DNA of 32,000 bases. Origin: Mycobacterium leprae TN (GTDB taxonomy: Bacteria; Actinomycetota; Actinomycetes; Mycobacteriales; Mycobacteriaceae). The notes under the pieces are model-generated. The model did not search any database. It was not told the origin of the DNA and worked only from the letters and a program-made list of their open reading frames with translations. The stretch spans positions 1,650,001 to 1,682,000 of the forward strand of contig NC_002677.1 of the NCBI RefSeq assembly GCF_000195855.1. The letters are read 5' to 3'. Position 1 is the stretch's first letter; each line of letters starts with the position of its first letter. The position numbers and the translations under genes were made by a program. Below, one piece after another: positions 21,247 through 32,000 of the stretch.

Positions 21247-21922
21247 GTCCACACAAATATCGCGTTTGCAGTGACGGCGTCGAATTTCGTGGCACCTAAG
21301 GCCGTCGCGGGCCTGGATTAGCTCTTCTCGCAGACGGATTCAAAGGTCGACACTCCTACTTTAGTTACCCCGGATCAGGCTGGGGAAGAAGGGCTTTCGC
21401 TGGCTCTGTCGTCGAAACCATGGTCTTACCGTGCGCTGCGGGACGGGTGGGGTGTTGGTTCGTCGAGTATGTCGTCACGCTACTGCGGGCGGTTGCCTGT
21501 CGATTACCACTGCCGATCGACATAGTGCAAGTGCACCATCTGCTCTCAGCACATCAGTATCAGTGCCATTTGCACGCTGGTTGAGGATCGCCGCCGTACT
21601 ATAGATGGTAGTGGCGAGTGGCTATGATAGCGACCATCGAAACTGCCAAAGTCCATGTGCTGACAGACATGGCTGTATCTCGGGGTAGACGCGTGATCCA
21701 CAATTCTTCGCTCAGCATTGCTCGAGTCGATTAAGCGTGTTCATGTTTTGGCTTGCCGAACACAAGGCACTGCTTGCCCAGTGGGTCCATGCTCTCCACG
21801 GATTGCAGTATCTTACACATAAATCATATATCCCGTAACGAAGAAGCCCGGATTAGGTGTAATGGTTAAGCGTTAGCAACGGCCGCGGCGAATTTGTTGC
21901 TAAACTTGCGGCCAGCGCCGAG

Positions 21923-24900
21923 CTAGTGCGGCTTGGCCAGTGGGAACGGTAGCGTTTCGCGAATGCTGCGGCCGGTGATTAACATCACGAGACGGTCTAT
22001 GCCCATTCCCAGGCCGCCGGTCGGTGGCATAGCGTATTCCATGGCTTGTAGGAAGTCTTCGTCGAGCTCCATCGCTTCGGGGTTTCCGCCGACGGCCAAT
22101 AAGGACTGTTCGTGCAGACGACGCCGCTGCTCTACCGGGTCGGTTAGTTCGCTGTAGGCGGTACCTAATTCTATACCCCACGCCACCAGGTCCCATCGCT
22201 CGGCGACACCGGGCTTACTTCTATGTGGCCGGGTTAACGGTGACACGGACGTTGGAAAGTCGATGTAGAATGTCGGTTGATCGGTTCGGTTCTCAACCAG
22301 GTGCTCATAGAGCTTCAGAACCACCGCACCAGTATCCCAGTGTGGCCAATAAGGTATGTGTGCGGCGTCGGACAATTTACGCAGAGTGGCCAACTCAGTG
22401 CTGGTGTCGACACATTCTCCGAGCGCTTCGGATACTGCTTCGTACACGGTCTTCACCGGCCAGACGCCGGAGATGTCGATCGGCTCGAGGTGGTTTGCGG
22501 TTCCGCTTGCTCCCTCGATCCGCGGCCGCATTAGGGTCTGTGTACCGTTCGCGGCTTCGGCGGCATTCTGGATCAATTCTCGGCAGCCGTCGATCCACAT
22601 TAGGTAGTCTGCGTGCGCCTGGTAGGCCTCCAGCAAGGTGAACTCCGGATTGTGACTAAAGTCTACTCCCTCGTTACGGAAGGCCCGGCCCAGCTCGAAG
22701 ACCCGCTCTACACCCCCGATGCACAGCCTCTTAAGATAGAGCTCCGGGGCAATGCGTAGGAACAGATCCATGTCATAGGTATTGATGCGAGTGGCGAATG
22801 GCCGGGCAGTGGCGCCGCCGTGAATTTGTTGCAGGATTGGGGTCTCGACTTCGACAAATCCTTTAGCGAACAGCATCTCCCTGACCGAGCGCAACACGCA
22901 GCTGCGAGCCATGATCAGGTTACGGGACTCGGTATTGACTGCCAGATCGACATAACGGGTTCGCACCCGGGCTTCTGGGTCGGTTAACCCCTTCCATTTG
23001 TTCGGTAGCGGCCGTAAGCATTTACCGATCAGCCGCCAGTTGCGTACTATCAACGAGCGAGTCCCGTTTTTGCTGAAGCCCATGTTCCCGGTCATTTCGA
23101 CTATATCGCCCAGATCAATGGCTGCGGTGAAATCTGCGATGCAGCAGCACTCCAGCACTAAATTATCCAGCAGCACTTGTATTTCGCCCGACCAGTCACG
23201 CACATGAGCAAACAACACGCCGCCATAGTCACGTATCCGCAATATGCGTCCAGATATCGAGACGGTGCCTTCGTCGTCGGCATCCAGAGCCTGGGCGACT
23301 GTGTGGCTAGGCGGGTGTCCCACCGGATAAGCGTCAATACCGTTGAGTTGCAATGTCTTAAGTTTTGCCAGACGCACCCGTACCTGTTCGGGTATACGGG
23401 AATTCGCTACTTCCAAATCGACGTCCGCCGTTTGCAATCCGCTGACATCTGGAGTCGACCCATCGTGGTGCAGCAGCCCGGATTCTGCTAACCGCGCTGG
23501 CACAGCCGGATGATGGCCGGTGTGCACCCGGCCGCGTCGGCTGAACGGTAACACAAGGAAACCCTCGGCGATCACCGAGGCAACCCCCACCCGCGGAATC
23601 AACCGGGCGTCCTCGTAGCAGGCGTAACGAGGGACCCAGTCAGGAAGGTATTTTATGTTCGAGCGGTACAGCGTCTCCAACTGCCACCACCGTGAGAAAA
23701 ACAACAGCAGCCCCCGCCACAACCGTGCAATTGGGCCAGCGCCGAGTTGAGCACCTTGCTCGAACGCGGCGCGAAACATCGTAAAATTCAACGAAATGCG
23801 GGCGATCCCAAGAGTCTCGCCCTTGAGGGCTAGCTCGCTGACCATGAGTTCGATGGTGCCGTTGGGTGATTGTGGAGAACGGCGCATCACGTCCAACGAG
23901 ACGCCGGTGGTTCCCCACGGGACCAGTGACAGTATCGCAACGACATGGTCGTCGCGGTCCACTGCTTCGACCAGCAGGCAATCTGAATCAGCCGGATCGC
24001 CGAGCCGGCCCAGCGCCATCGAAAAGCCACGTTCGAATTCGGTGTCGCGCCAGGCGTCAGCACGCGCGATGGTGTCTGCCATCTCGTTGGCGGAGATGTC
24101 GCTGTGCCGTCTAATGCGTACGGTCAGTCCGGCCCGGCGTGCCCGTGTCACCGCCTGGCGCACTCCGCGCATGTCGGGGCCGGAAAGTTTGTAAACGGCA
24201 GTCCGCAAGATCGCCTCGTCGCCGAGTTCTATGGCGTTGAAGCCGGCCCTACGAAATACCTGGGCCCCCTGTGAACTGGCCCCCATCACACCGGGCGCCC
24301 AACCGTACGTCTGGCAAAGCTCTAACCACGCATCGACGGCCTGCGGCCATGCCCCGGGATCGCCTACTGGGTCGCCGCTGGCTAGGCAGACTCCTATCTC
24401 AACTCGATAGGTTATGGCCGCGCGGCCATTGTGCGCGAAGATCACCGACTTATCGCGCCGGGTGGCGAAGTAACCCAGTGAGTCGTTCTTGCCATACAGC
24501 TCAAGTAGCCCGCGGATGGCGGACTCATCCTCGCCGGTCAGGGCGTTATCTGCACGCTGGGACTGAAACAGCACGATAGTGGCCATGATCAACGCGAGGG
24601 CGCCGAACAAGCCGAAGATTGCGTTGAGTAAGACGTGCGGTTTGCCGCTGAAGAGGTCGGGATCGGCAAGTGCGAATCCGACCACCCGATTGGCCACATA
24701 CGGCAGGCGATCCTGCCGCGCTAGCGATCCGGGGAACAGCTCGACCAGGCCCAAAGACAACAGTATCCCGATCACGTCTCCGGCAACCAGCACCGCAGCC
24801 GCTTTGAACAGCGCGCCTCGGCGGACTTTGGCCCAGAATTCCCGATAGCTCAAAACCAGCAGCAAGATCGCAACAACATGCACTGCGAACCCGAGGTTTT

Positions 24901-25324
24901 CGCCGAATGTCTCGGCTGGGGTGTTGCCATTCGCTGCCATATCCACAGCGTTTAACACGGCGGCGAGCACCATATTGCCGAGCAACAGCAGCCAGGCGAT
25001 GCGTTTGCGCGTGGTTAGCGCGGCGGCTAACAGCGCCAGCACGAACGACCAGGCGATGCTGGTGTCCGGAAAATTAAAAAGGTAGTTGTTGATGAATTCA
25101 CGTGGGACCCTAATGAGCCACCTGATCAACGGTGACACACTTGCTATCAGTGACAGTGTGGCGATTACACCGACGGTCCAGCCGGCTGCTGCCGGTACCC
25201 AGTGATAGCGGGAGTGCGACCGGCTGCCAGAACAAGGCCCCGAACAAATTGTAGCGACTGTCACAGACCGCGAGGATATTCCTTCAAACCGTGAAATGCC
25301 TGGCGAAGCGTCTACAGTGGTCAA
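21923..25324 (-). CDS. lysX: Bifunctional lysylphosphatidylglycerol synthase / lysyl-tRNA synthetase
   Basis: 1133-aa ORF from a TTG at 25324. N-terminal MprF-like membrane and DUF2156 domain ([27 protein letters not shown]), C-terminal class II LysRS ([56 protein letters not shown]). Start uncertain. Confidence 0.94.
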   Translation of the reverse strand: MTTVDASPGISRFEGISSRSVTVATICSGPCSGSRSHSRYHWVPAAAGWTVGVIATLSLIASVSPLIRWLIRVPREFINNYLFNFPDTSIAWSFVLALLAAALTTRKRIAWLLLLGNMVLAAVLNAVDMAANGNTPAETFGENLGFAVHVVAILLLVLSYREFWAKVRRGALFKAAAVLVAGDVIGILLSLGLVELFPGSLARQDRLPYVANRVVGFALADPDLFSGKPHVLLNAIFGLFGALALIMATIVLFQSQRADNALTGEDESAIRGLLELYGKNDSLGYFATRRDKSVIFAHNGRAAITYRVEIGVCLASGDPVGDPGAWPQAVDAWLELCQTYGWAPGVMGASSQGAQVFRRAGFNAIELGDEAILRTAVYKLSGPDMRGVRQAVTRARRAGLTVRIRRHSDISANEMADTIARADAWRDTEFERGFSMALGRLGDPADSDCLLVEAVDRDDHVVAILSLVPWGTTGVSLDVMRRSPQSPNGTIELMVSELALKGETLGIARISLNFTMFRAAFEQGAQLGAGPIARLWRGLLLFFSRWWQLETLYRSNIKYLPDWVPRYACYEDARLIPRVGVASVIAEGFLVLPFSRRGRVHTGHHPAVPARLAESGLLHHDGSTPDVSGLQTADVDLEVANSRIPEQVRVRLAKLKTLQLNGIDAYPVGHPPSHTVAQALDADDEGTVSISGRILRIRDYGGVLFAHVRDWSGEIQVLLDNLVLECCCIADFTAAIDLGDIVEMTGNMGFSKNGTRSLIVRNWRLIGKCLRPLPNKWKGLTDPEARVRTRYVDLAVNTESRNLIMARSCVLRSVREMLFAKGFVEVETPILQQIHGGATARPFATRINTYDMDLFLRIAPELYLKRLCIGGVERVFELGRAFRNEGVDFSHNPEFTLLEAYQAHADYLMWIDGCRELIQNAAEAANGTQTLMRPRIEGASGTANHLEPIDISGVWPVKTVYEAVSEALGECVDTSTELATLRKLSDAAHIPYWPHWDTGAVVLKLYEHLVENRTDQPTFYIDFPTSVSPLTRPHRSKPGVAERWDLVAWGIELGTAYSELTDPVEQRRRLHEQSLLAVGGNPEAMELDEDFLQAMEYAMPPTGGLGMGIDRLVMLITGRSIRETLPFPLAKPH

Positions 25325-25565
25325 GAGTGATTATCTACCTGCCGGACTCAGTGTAACTCACGCGCCAGAGGCCGGTTGACCTGGCCCTCGCTTCGAAGTG
25401 CCGGGCGACGCTTATTGGCTGCTAGACTGACTTCTGCGATCATACCGGCGAAGGTCGGGAACAGTTAAGTGGAGTCCCACTCCCACCGCTAGCCACGAGA
25501 GTTATTTCAGGGCTGAGCGGTCCGGTCACAGGCATGTCGTAGTGCCTGCTCCGCACGTGACGCGG

Positions 25566-25627
25566 ACGGCTTGCATTGTTTCAAGCCGTGATCGGTCGGC
25601 ATTGGGCCCTGCTTGTGCAGGGCTTTT
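25566..25627 (+). promoter_or_regulatory. Putative infC-operon leader: two tandem hairpins, the second followed by TTTT
   Basis: Hairpin 1 is acggcttg (25566-25573) / caagccgt (25582-25589). Hairpin 2 is gccctgc (25606-25612), loop ttgt, gcagggc (25617-25623), then tttt (25624-25627). Lies about 130 nt upstream of infC. Confidence 0.45.
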
Positions 25628-25755
25628 GCTGATGTTGTGGTGTTTCTACCGCTGACTCCCTGATCAGCCAGGCCCTGGTCGCGGCTGGAAGACGATCTGG
25701 AGGATGGCTAAGTAGATGACTATTACGCCCACTATGGCCCAACAAGGGAGGCCCC

Positions 25756-26364
25756 ATCAGCACTGAGACCCGTGTCAACGAGCGCATACGCGTACCTGAA
25801 GTCCGGTTGATTGGTCCAGGGGGGGAGCAGGTAGGCATCGTACGGATCGAGGATGCACTTCGCGTGGCTGCGGACGCCGATCTCGACCTTGTCGAAGTTG
25901 CCCCAAATGCCAGACCACCGGTTTGCAAGATCATGGACTACGGCAAGTACAAATACGAAGTGGCACAGAAGGCACGCGAATCCCGCCGCAACCAGCAGCA
26001 GACCGTCGTCAAAGAACAAAAGTTGCGACCAAAGATCGACGATCATGATTACGAGACCAAAAAGAGCCACGTGGTCCGTTTCCTGGAGGCGGGATCCAAG
26101 GTCAAAGTCACCATCATGTTTCGCGGACGTGAGCAGTCGCGACCCGAGCTGGGTTACCGATTACTGCAGCGACTGGGTGCGGACGTCGCCGATTACGGAT
26201 TCGTCGAAACATCAGCCAAACAGGATGGGCGCAACATGACGATGGTGCTGGCACCGCATCGCGGCGCGAAGACTCGCGCCAGCGCGCGGCATCCGGAAGT
26301 ACCGGGGGCTGGGTCAGTGCAAGATATCGATGCAACCGGCGACACCGATGGTTCACCGCACTAG
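25756..26364 (+). CDS. infC: Translation initiation factor IF-3 (apparent ATC start)
   Basis: [68 protein letters not shown]... is classic IF-3. Strong SD AAGGGAGG at 25744-25751. No ATG/GTG/TTG between the upstream in-frame stop (25717) and 25756. Confidence 0.93.
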   Translation: MSTETRVNERIRVPEVRLIGPGGEQVGIVRIEDALRVAADADLDLVEVAPNARPPVCKIMDYGKYKYEVAQKARESRRNQQQTVVKEQKLRPKIDDHDYETKKSHVVRFLEAGSKVKVTIMFRGREQSRPELGYRLLQRLGADVADYGFVETSAKQDGRNMTMVLAPHRGAKTRASARHPEVPGAGSVQDIDATGDTDGSPH

Positions 26365-26414
26365 CGAGTTAGCCAGCGCAGGAAGAACAGTAGAAACAGC
26401 AGAACTGAGGAAAC

Positions 26415-26609
26415 ATGCCCAAGGCCAAGACCCACAGTGGGGCGTCGAAGCGGTTCCGGCGCACCGGTACCGGGAAGATCGTCCGTCAGAAAGCCAATCG
26501 TCGGCATCTGTTCGAGCATAAGCCGAGCACTCGTACCCGGCGACTGGATGGACACACGCGGGTTTCAGCCAACGACACCCAACGGGTCAATTCACTGCTG
26601 AACGGCTGA
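26415..26609 (+). CDS. rpmI: 50S ribosomal protein L35
   Basis: 64-aa [49 protein letters not shown]. Confidence 0.97.
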
Positions 26610-26662
26610 CCAGATTGCGTCAGACCATGACCAGGTACGTACGAACGAAAGGAGGAAATACC

Positions 26663-27052
26663 ATGGCACGCGTAAAGCGGGCAGTCAATGCCCATAAGAA
26701 GCGGCGCACTGTCTTGAAGGCTTCGAAAGGCTATCGCGGCCAGCGGTCCCGGCTCTATCGTAAAGCCAAAGAGCAGCAGCTGCATTCGTTGGGCTACGCT
26801 TACCGCGACCGTCGCGCGCGTAAGGGGGAGTTCCGCAAATTGTGGATTTCGCGAATCAACGCGGCTGCGCGCGCCAATGACATCACTTACAACCGGTTGA
26901 TCCAGGGCCTGAAGGCTGCGGATGTCGACGTGGATCGCAAGAATCTCGCCGATATTGCGATCAGCGATCCGGCGGCGTTCACGGCGCTCGTTGAGGTTGC
27001 CCGGTCGGGGTTACCCGAAGATGTCAACGTGCCATCCGGAGAAGCTGCTTAA
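26663..27052 (+). CDS. rplT: 50S ribosomal protein L20
   Basis: [42 protein letters not shown].... ATG at 26663 is preceded by AAAGGAGG; the track ORF starts upstream at 26615. Confidence 0.97.
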
Positions 27053-27061
27053 CCCACCACG

Positions 27062-27886
27062 ATGCGCACCAAGGAGCGGGGAAATCGAACCTTGCCGGGG
27101 CCTGCGGTGCTCACCGAGCGTTCCGCCCGGGTGGTCGCGGCAGTTAAGTTGCATCGCCAAGTCGCGCGGCGGCGTGTCAGACGATTTCTCGCTGAAGGCC
27201 CTAACCTCGTCGAAGCCGCCATTGTAAGCGGGCTGGTTCGCGACGTATTCGTCACAGAAGTCGCGGCCCAACGGCACGCCACAGTGCTGGCTACACTGAA
27301 GTGTCCGGTCCATCCTGTAAGCGAACGTGCCGCAAAAGCACTTTCCGACACGGTCACTCCGACTGGGTTGATCGCGGTGTGCGAAATGCCGACGACCCGG
27401 CTAGCGACTGTGCTGGCTGGCTCACCCCAGCTGGTGGTGGCCGCTGTCGAGATCAGCGAACCGGGCAATGCGGGCACTGTAATCCGCATCGCGGATGCCA
27501 TGGGTGCTGCAGCTGTGATCTTCGGTGGGTACACCGTCGACCCGTACAACGGTAAATGTCTGCGTTCCTCTGCCGGCAGTATCTTCTCGATAACGGTTGT
27601 CGTGGCGTCTGATGCCTACGCCGCTGTGACCGAATTGCGCGCCGCCGGACTGCAAGTGCTGGCCACCATGGTCGACGGTGAGACGTCTCTCGACGAAGCC
27701 AAGCCACTGCTTGGCAAGCCGACAGCTTGGCTTTTCGGGTCCGAACCACACGGTTTGTCAACCGAAATCGCAGAAGCAGCGGACTATAGAGTGCGTATTC
27801 CGATGGTCGGCGGTGTGGAAAGCCTGAACGTGGCTGCGACCGCAGCGATTTGCCTCTATCAGAGCTCGCGTGCATTGCGTCTTTAG
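27062..27886 (+). CDS. tsnR: SpoU/TrmH-family rRNA 2'-O-methyltransferase (Rv1644 TsnR-like)
   Basis: 274-aa ORF with SPOUT motifs: EISEPGNAGTVIRIADAMGAAAVIF, WLFGSEPHGLS, VRIPMVGGVESLNVAATAAICLYQ. Confidence 0.9.
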   Translation: MRTKERGNRTLPGPAVLTERSARVVAAVKLHRQVARRRVRRFLAEGPNLVEAAIVSGLVRDVFVTEVAAQRHATVLATLKCPVHPVSERAAKALSDTVTPTGLIAVCEMPTTRLATVLAGSPQLVVAAVEISEPGNAGTVIRIADAMGAAAVIFGGYTVDPYNGKCLRSSAGSIFSITVVVASDAYAAVTELRAAGLQVLATMVDGETSLDEAKPLLGKPTAWLFGSEPHGLSTEIAEAADYRVRIPMVGGVESLNVAATAAICLYQSSRALRL

Positions 27887-28163
27887 CCATCTGGTGGTAC
27901 AAGTCACGACTCCTGGCTTAGCCGCACTGGCCAGATCGCCACTAGCGCGTTCATTCCTGGCCTTAGGCAATCTTTTCCTACGGGGCTTCGCATCCAGCTG
28001 TAGGCTGCGGCCCTTCCAGACGAAAAGGGCGGGTATAGCACGTAACTGACTCACATGCTTCATCAGTGTCAGAGCGGGGCCGCGCAAGGGGTGGCTAAAG
28101 GTGTGGCGGCAGAGGTGGGACTGAGACTGAGGAGGAAAATAATGCATCGGCAGCCCTCGGCGG

Positions 28164-28961
28164 TCACGTGGTGGCGCCATGAATCCCGGTGCTTCGACCA
28201 ACGGAGCGTCCCTGAGTAGTTGCCCTTGTGCCCGGCGGTAAGCAGCCAGCGCAAGGGTGCAACCGGATTTCGTCGGGAACCGCTAAGAATGCCACTTCGC
28301 CCAACGTGCCGAATAGCCGTAGCAACATCTCGTCTCCAGTCTTCCAGTGCATTCCCGCTTTTTCGCGAACAGCCGGGTCAAATAATCCAACCGCGATCCA
28401 GCGTTGACCCGACGCCAACGGCTTCAACAGTTGATCCCAGATCGGGGTTGGCATGAGCACAAACTTCAGTTTGGGAATCCACATCTGGAAGATGTCCAAG
28501 ATGCCCTGGTTAATCTTTAGCTCCTCGCGACATACCCGGTTCCAGTACTGCTGAAGCTCCTCCCATGATTCGGGCACCGGCTTCATGCTCATCCCACACA
28601 TCCGGTACCACTGAATGTGTTCGTCGAATCAATGCCGCTTCTCGGCTTTGGTCAAACCGCCACAAAAATACTCGGCCACTTTGACGAGCAGCATGAAAAA
28701 CGTCGCGTGCGCGCAGTAAAACGTCTCCGGATTCAGCCCGTGATACCGACGCCTGGAGGCGTCAAACCCTTGATCGTGTTGTGGTAACTTTTGACCTGTT
28801 GTCCGGTCTGAGCCACTCAATCGCCGTCGTCGACCACGACCATAATCGGAATACACTGGATTGAGCCACCCACTGCAGCGGTTCGCGCAGTAAGATGTAA
28901 TGCTCTTCGCACCCAGTACCGGGGTCTGGATACATATTTTGGATCGCGCCAATCCACACAC
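28164..28961 (-). pseudogene. Relic of a DUF2236 (MpaB-like) protein (Rv1645c-like) split by an in-frame TGA; further decayed 5' sequence extends past 28961
   Basis: ORFs 28629-28961 and 28164-28601 share one frame. The join reads GLNPETFYCAHATFFMLLVKVAEYFCGGLTKAEKRH*FDEHIQWYRMCGMSMKPVPESWEELQQYWNRVC, with the TGA at 28629-28631. Confidence 0.8.
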
Positions 28962-29213
28962 TCAATCACTCCGATGCGCAAATCACCGAAATACTTCCAG
29001 GCTAAGCGAATCCGGCCCGAGCGGCTCAGCGGATGTCTTCAAAGTAGCAGTCATCACGGCCTCCTACGCAATGATTGCGCCCACAATAAATGTTGGCAAC
29101 ACACGTTGTCTACATTTCCAGCACCTGATAATATTAGGGGATTTATCGATTGTTCACAATGGTAGCGCAACGGTATGATCAGGTCTTTATTGTGCATTGT
29201 GACATAAACGTCA

Positions 29214-30188
29214 TTGCCCCCGTCCGCAAAATCTACCTACCCTGGCCAAGTGGAAGGCGCTCCTCACGATGGGACCCCGTCCGCGCCTCAGGAACCGGAC
29301 GAGGACACGGTCACCGTGCCGGCGCCGGCCTTGATACGACGTTCTTCGGTGTCGATGCCCAACGCCGCACAGTGGCTACATACCACAAACCGCAGCCCCC
29401 GGCTAGTGGCGATGGTCCGGCGGGCACGACGACTGTTGCCTGGCGATCCTGACTTTGGTGATCCTCTGTCCACCGCGGGTGAGGGTGGCCCACGTGCCGC
29501 GGCACGAGCTGCCGACCGGTTGCTAGGGGATCGCGGTGCGGCGTCGCGTGAGGTGAGTCTGAGTGTGCTACAGGTGTGGCAGGCATTGACCGAGGCCATT
29601 GCCCGACGGCCGGTCAATCCGGAGGTGACGCTGGTATTCACCGACCTGGTTGGCTTCTCCGGGTGGTCATTGCAAGCTGGTGACGAAGCGACCCTGGCAC
29701 TGCTGCGACAGGTAGCGCGCGCTGTTGAGTCACCGTTGCTCGATGCCGGTGGGCATATCGTCAAGCGAATGGGGGACGGGATCATGGCAGTGTTTCGCGA
29801 TCCGTCAGTCGCCGTACAGGCCGTACTGGCTGCCACGGAAGCGATGAAATCAGTCGAGGTAGGAGGCTACACACCGCGAATCCGTGTCGGAATACACACT
29901 GGCCGGCCACAACGACTGGCCGCGGACTGGCTTGGTGTTGACGTCAATATCGCCGCGCGCGTTATGGAGCGCGCGACAAAAGGTGGCATCATGATCTCTG
30001 GCCCTACCCTGGACCTGATACCACAAAGTGACCTGAAAGAGCTAGGCATTATTACTAGGCGCGTCCGAAAACCCATGTTCACCAGCAAATTCACCGGTAT
30101 TCCCCCGGACATGGTGATTTATCGCATCAAGGCTCGTAGGGAGTTGACAGCTTCAGATGAAACAGCTCAAACAAATTCCCTGACATAG
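29214..30188 (+). CDS. Class III adenylate/guanylate cyclase (Rv1647-like)
   Basis: 324-aa ORF with catalytic domain TLVFTDLVGFSGWS (metal-binding Asp), GGHIVKRMGDGIMAVF, RVGIHTGRP...DWLGVDVNIAARV. Start uncertain. Confidence 0.92.
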   Translation: MPPSAKSTYPGQVEGAPHDGTPSAPQEPDEDTVTVPAPALIRRSSVSMPNAAQWLHTTNRSPRLVAMVRRARRLLPGDPDFGDPLSTAGEGGPRAAARAADRLLGDRGAASREVSLSVLQVWQALTEAIARRPVNPEVTLVFTDLVGFSGWSLQAGDEATLALLRQVARAVESPLLDAGGHIVKRMGDGIMAVFRDPSVAVQAVLAATEAMKSVEVGGYTPRIRVGIHTGRPQRLAADWLGVDVNIAARVMERATKGGIMISGPTLDLIPQSDLKELGIITRRVRKPMFTSKFTGIPPDMVIYRIKARRELTASDETAQTNSLT

Positions 30189-30721
30189 TGGATGTCGATG
30201 ATTTATAGCATCTAGTTTCGGTGCTCTGGGTCGGTTCACCGTTGGGTACACGACAATTCTGGCCACGGTCAGCTTCGCAATCTTGACGCCGGGTCCCCAC
30301 GTGCAGGAATGGATCATTGCGCGCTCCAGCACCAATCTGCACAACCGTGTCCCACGGACACCTGGGGACTTTGTTGACCAGCACGTTTGTCATCGATCCC
30401 GGTTCGCCGTATTTCTAGATACCCTAATCCTGACGGTCTGCTGGCGCCCGCTGAACTGCATTTGCGCACCATCCAGCTTTATGGTGACGTTTTTGGTCAA
30501 CCCTGTCTGCACGACGTTAGTGGTGGTCGCTGCTCTTGCGGCGGCGGTCAAGTTAGGTTGACTGTCAGTGTCGATCACCCAGGCCAATAACATCGGGATC
30601 GAGCTATGGTGCCCTCGGTGCGCTAGCAGCAGTGATTTGGCGGTGGTGGCGGTCCGGTTCCGTCGACCGATCCGCTGAACACCTGTGCGGTGTCTTATGC
30701 TGGCGACGTCCTCGAGGTTAG

Positions 30722-32000
<1,279 letters not shown>

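Noticed and set aside
20404-21252. 282-aa minus-strand ORF opposite uvrA
   Set aside because: Lies wholly antisense to the well-supported uvrA C-terminal half. It is a typical shadow ORF in GC-rich coding DNA with no recognisable domain.
29191-29212. tgtgacataaacgtcatt just before the cyclase, resembling a CRP/cAMP-receptor half-palindrome
   Set aside because: Only short TGAC/GTCA arms match and it does not fit the mycobacterial CRP consensus well enough to call.
29288-29836. 182-aa minus-strand ORF opposite the adenylate cyclase
   Set aside because: Antisense to an intact catalytic domain with no independent evidence.

Overview
This window is almost certainly from Mycobacterium leprae. It carries the RLEP repeat, including an exact match to the classic 129-bp diagnostic amplicon, and it mixes intact housekeeping genes with heavily decayed pseudogenes. 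Intact genes follow the M. tuberculosis Rv1629-Rv1650 order: polA (5' part, minus strand), rpsA, coaE (GrpB-domain fusion), a DUF402-like gene, uvrB, a Rv1635c-like mannosyltransferase, a Rv1636-like universal stress protein, a Rv1637c-like metallo-beta-lactamase fold protein, uvrA, lysX, infC-rpmI-rplT, tsnR, a class III adenylate cyclase and pheS (cut by the window end). Between them lie relics of a LysE/RhtB exporter, an FHA-ABC transporter (Rv1747-like), a PknF-like Ser/Thr kinase, an MFS efflux protein (Rv1634-like) and a DUF2236 protein (Rv1645c-like). I found no convincing evidence of a novel multi-gene system, CRISPR array, prophage or defence island. The points most worth checking are the RLEP-associated synteny break between polA and rpsA, a perfect 26-bp inverted repeat upstream of uvrB, the divergent kinase/ABC relics inserted before uvrB, and the infC leader hairpins with an apparent ATC start. 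Homology calls come from recalled family sequences, not from a database search.
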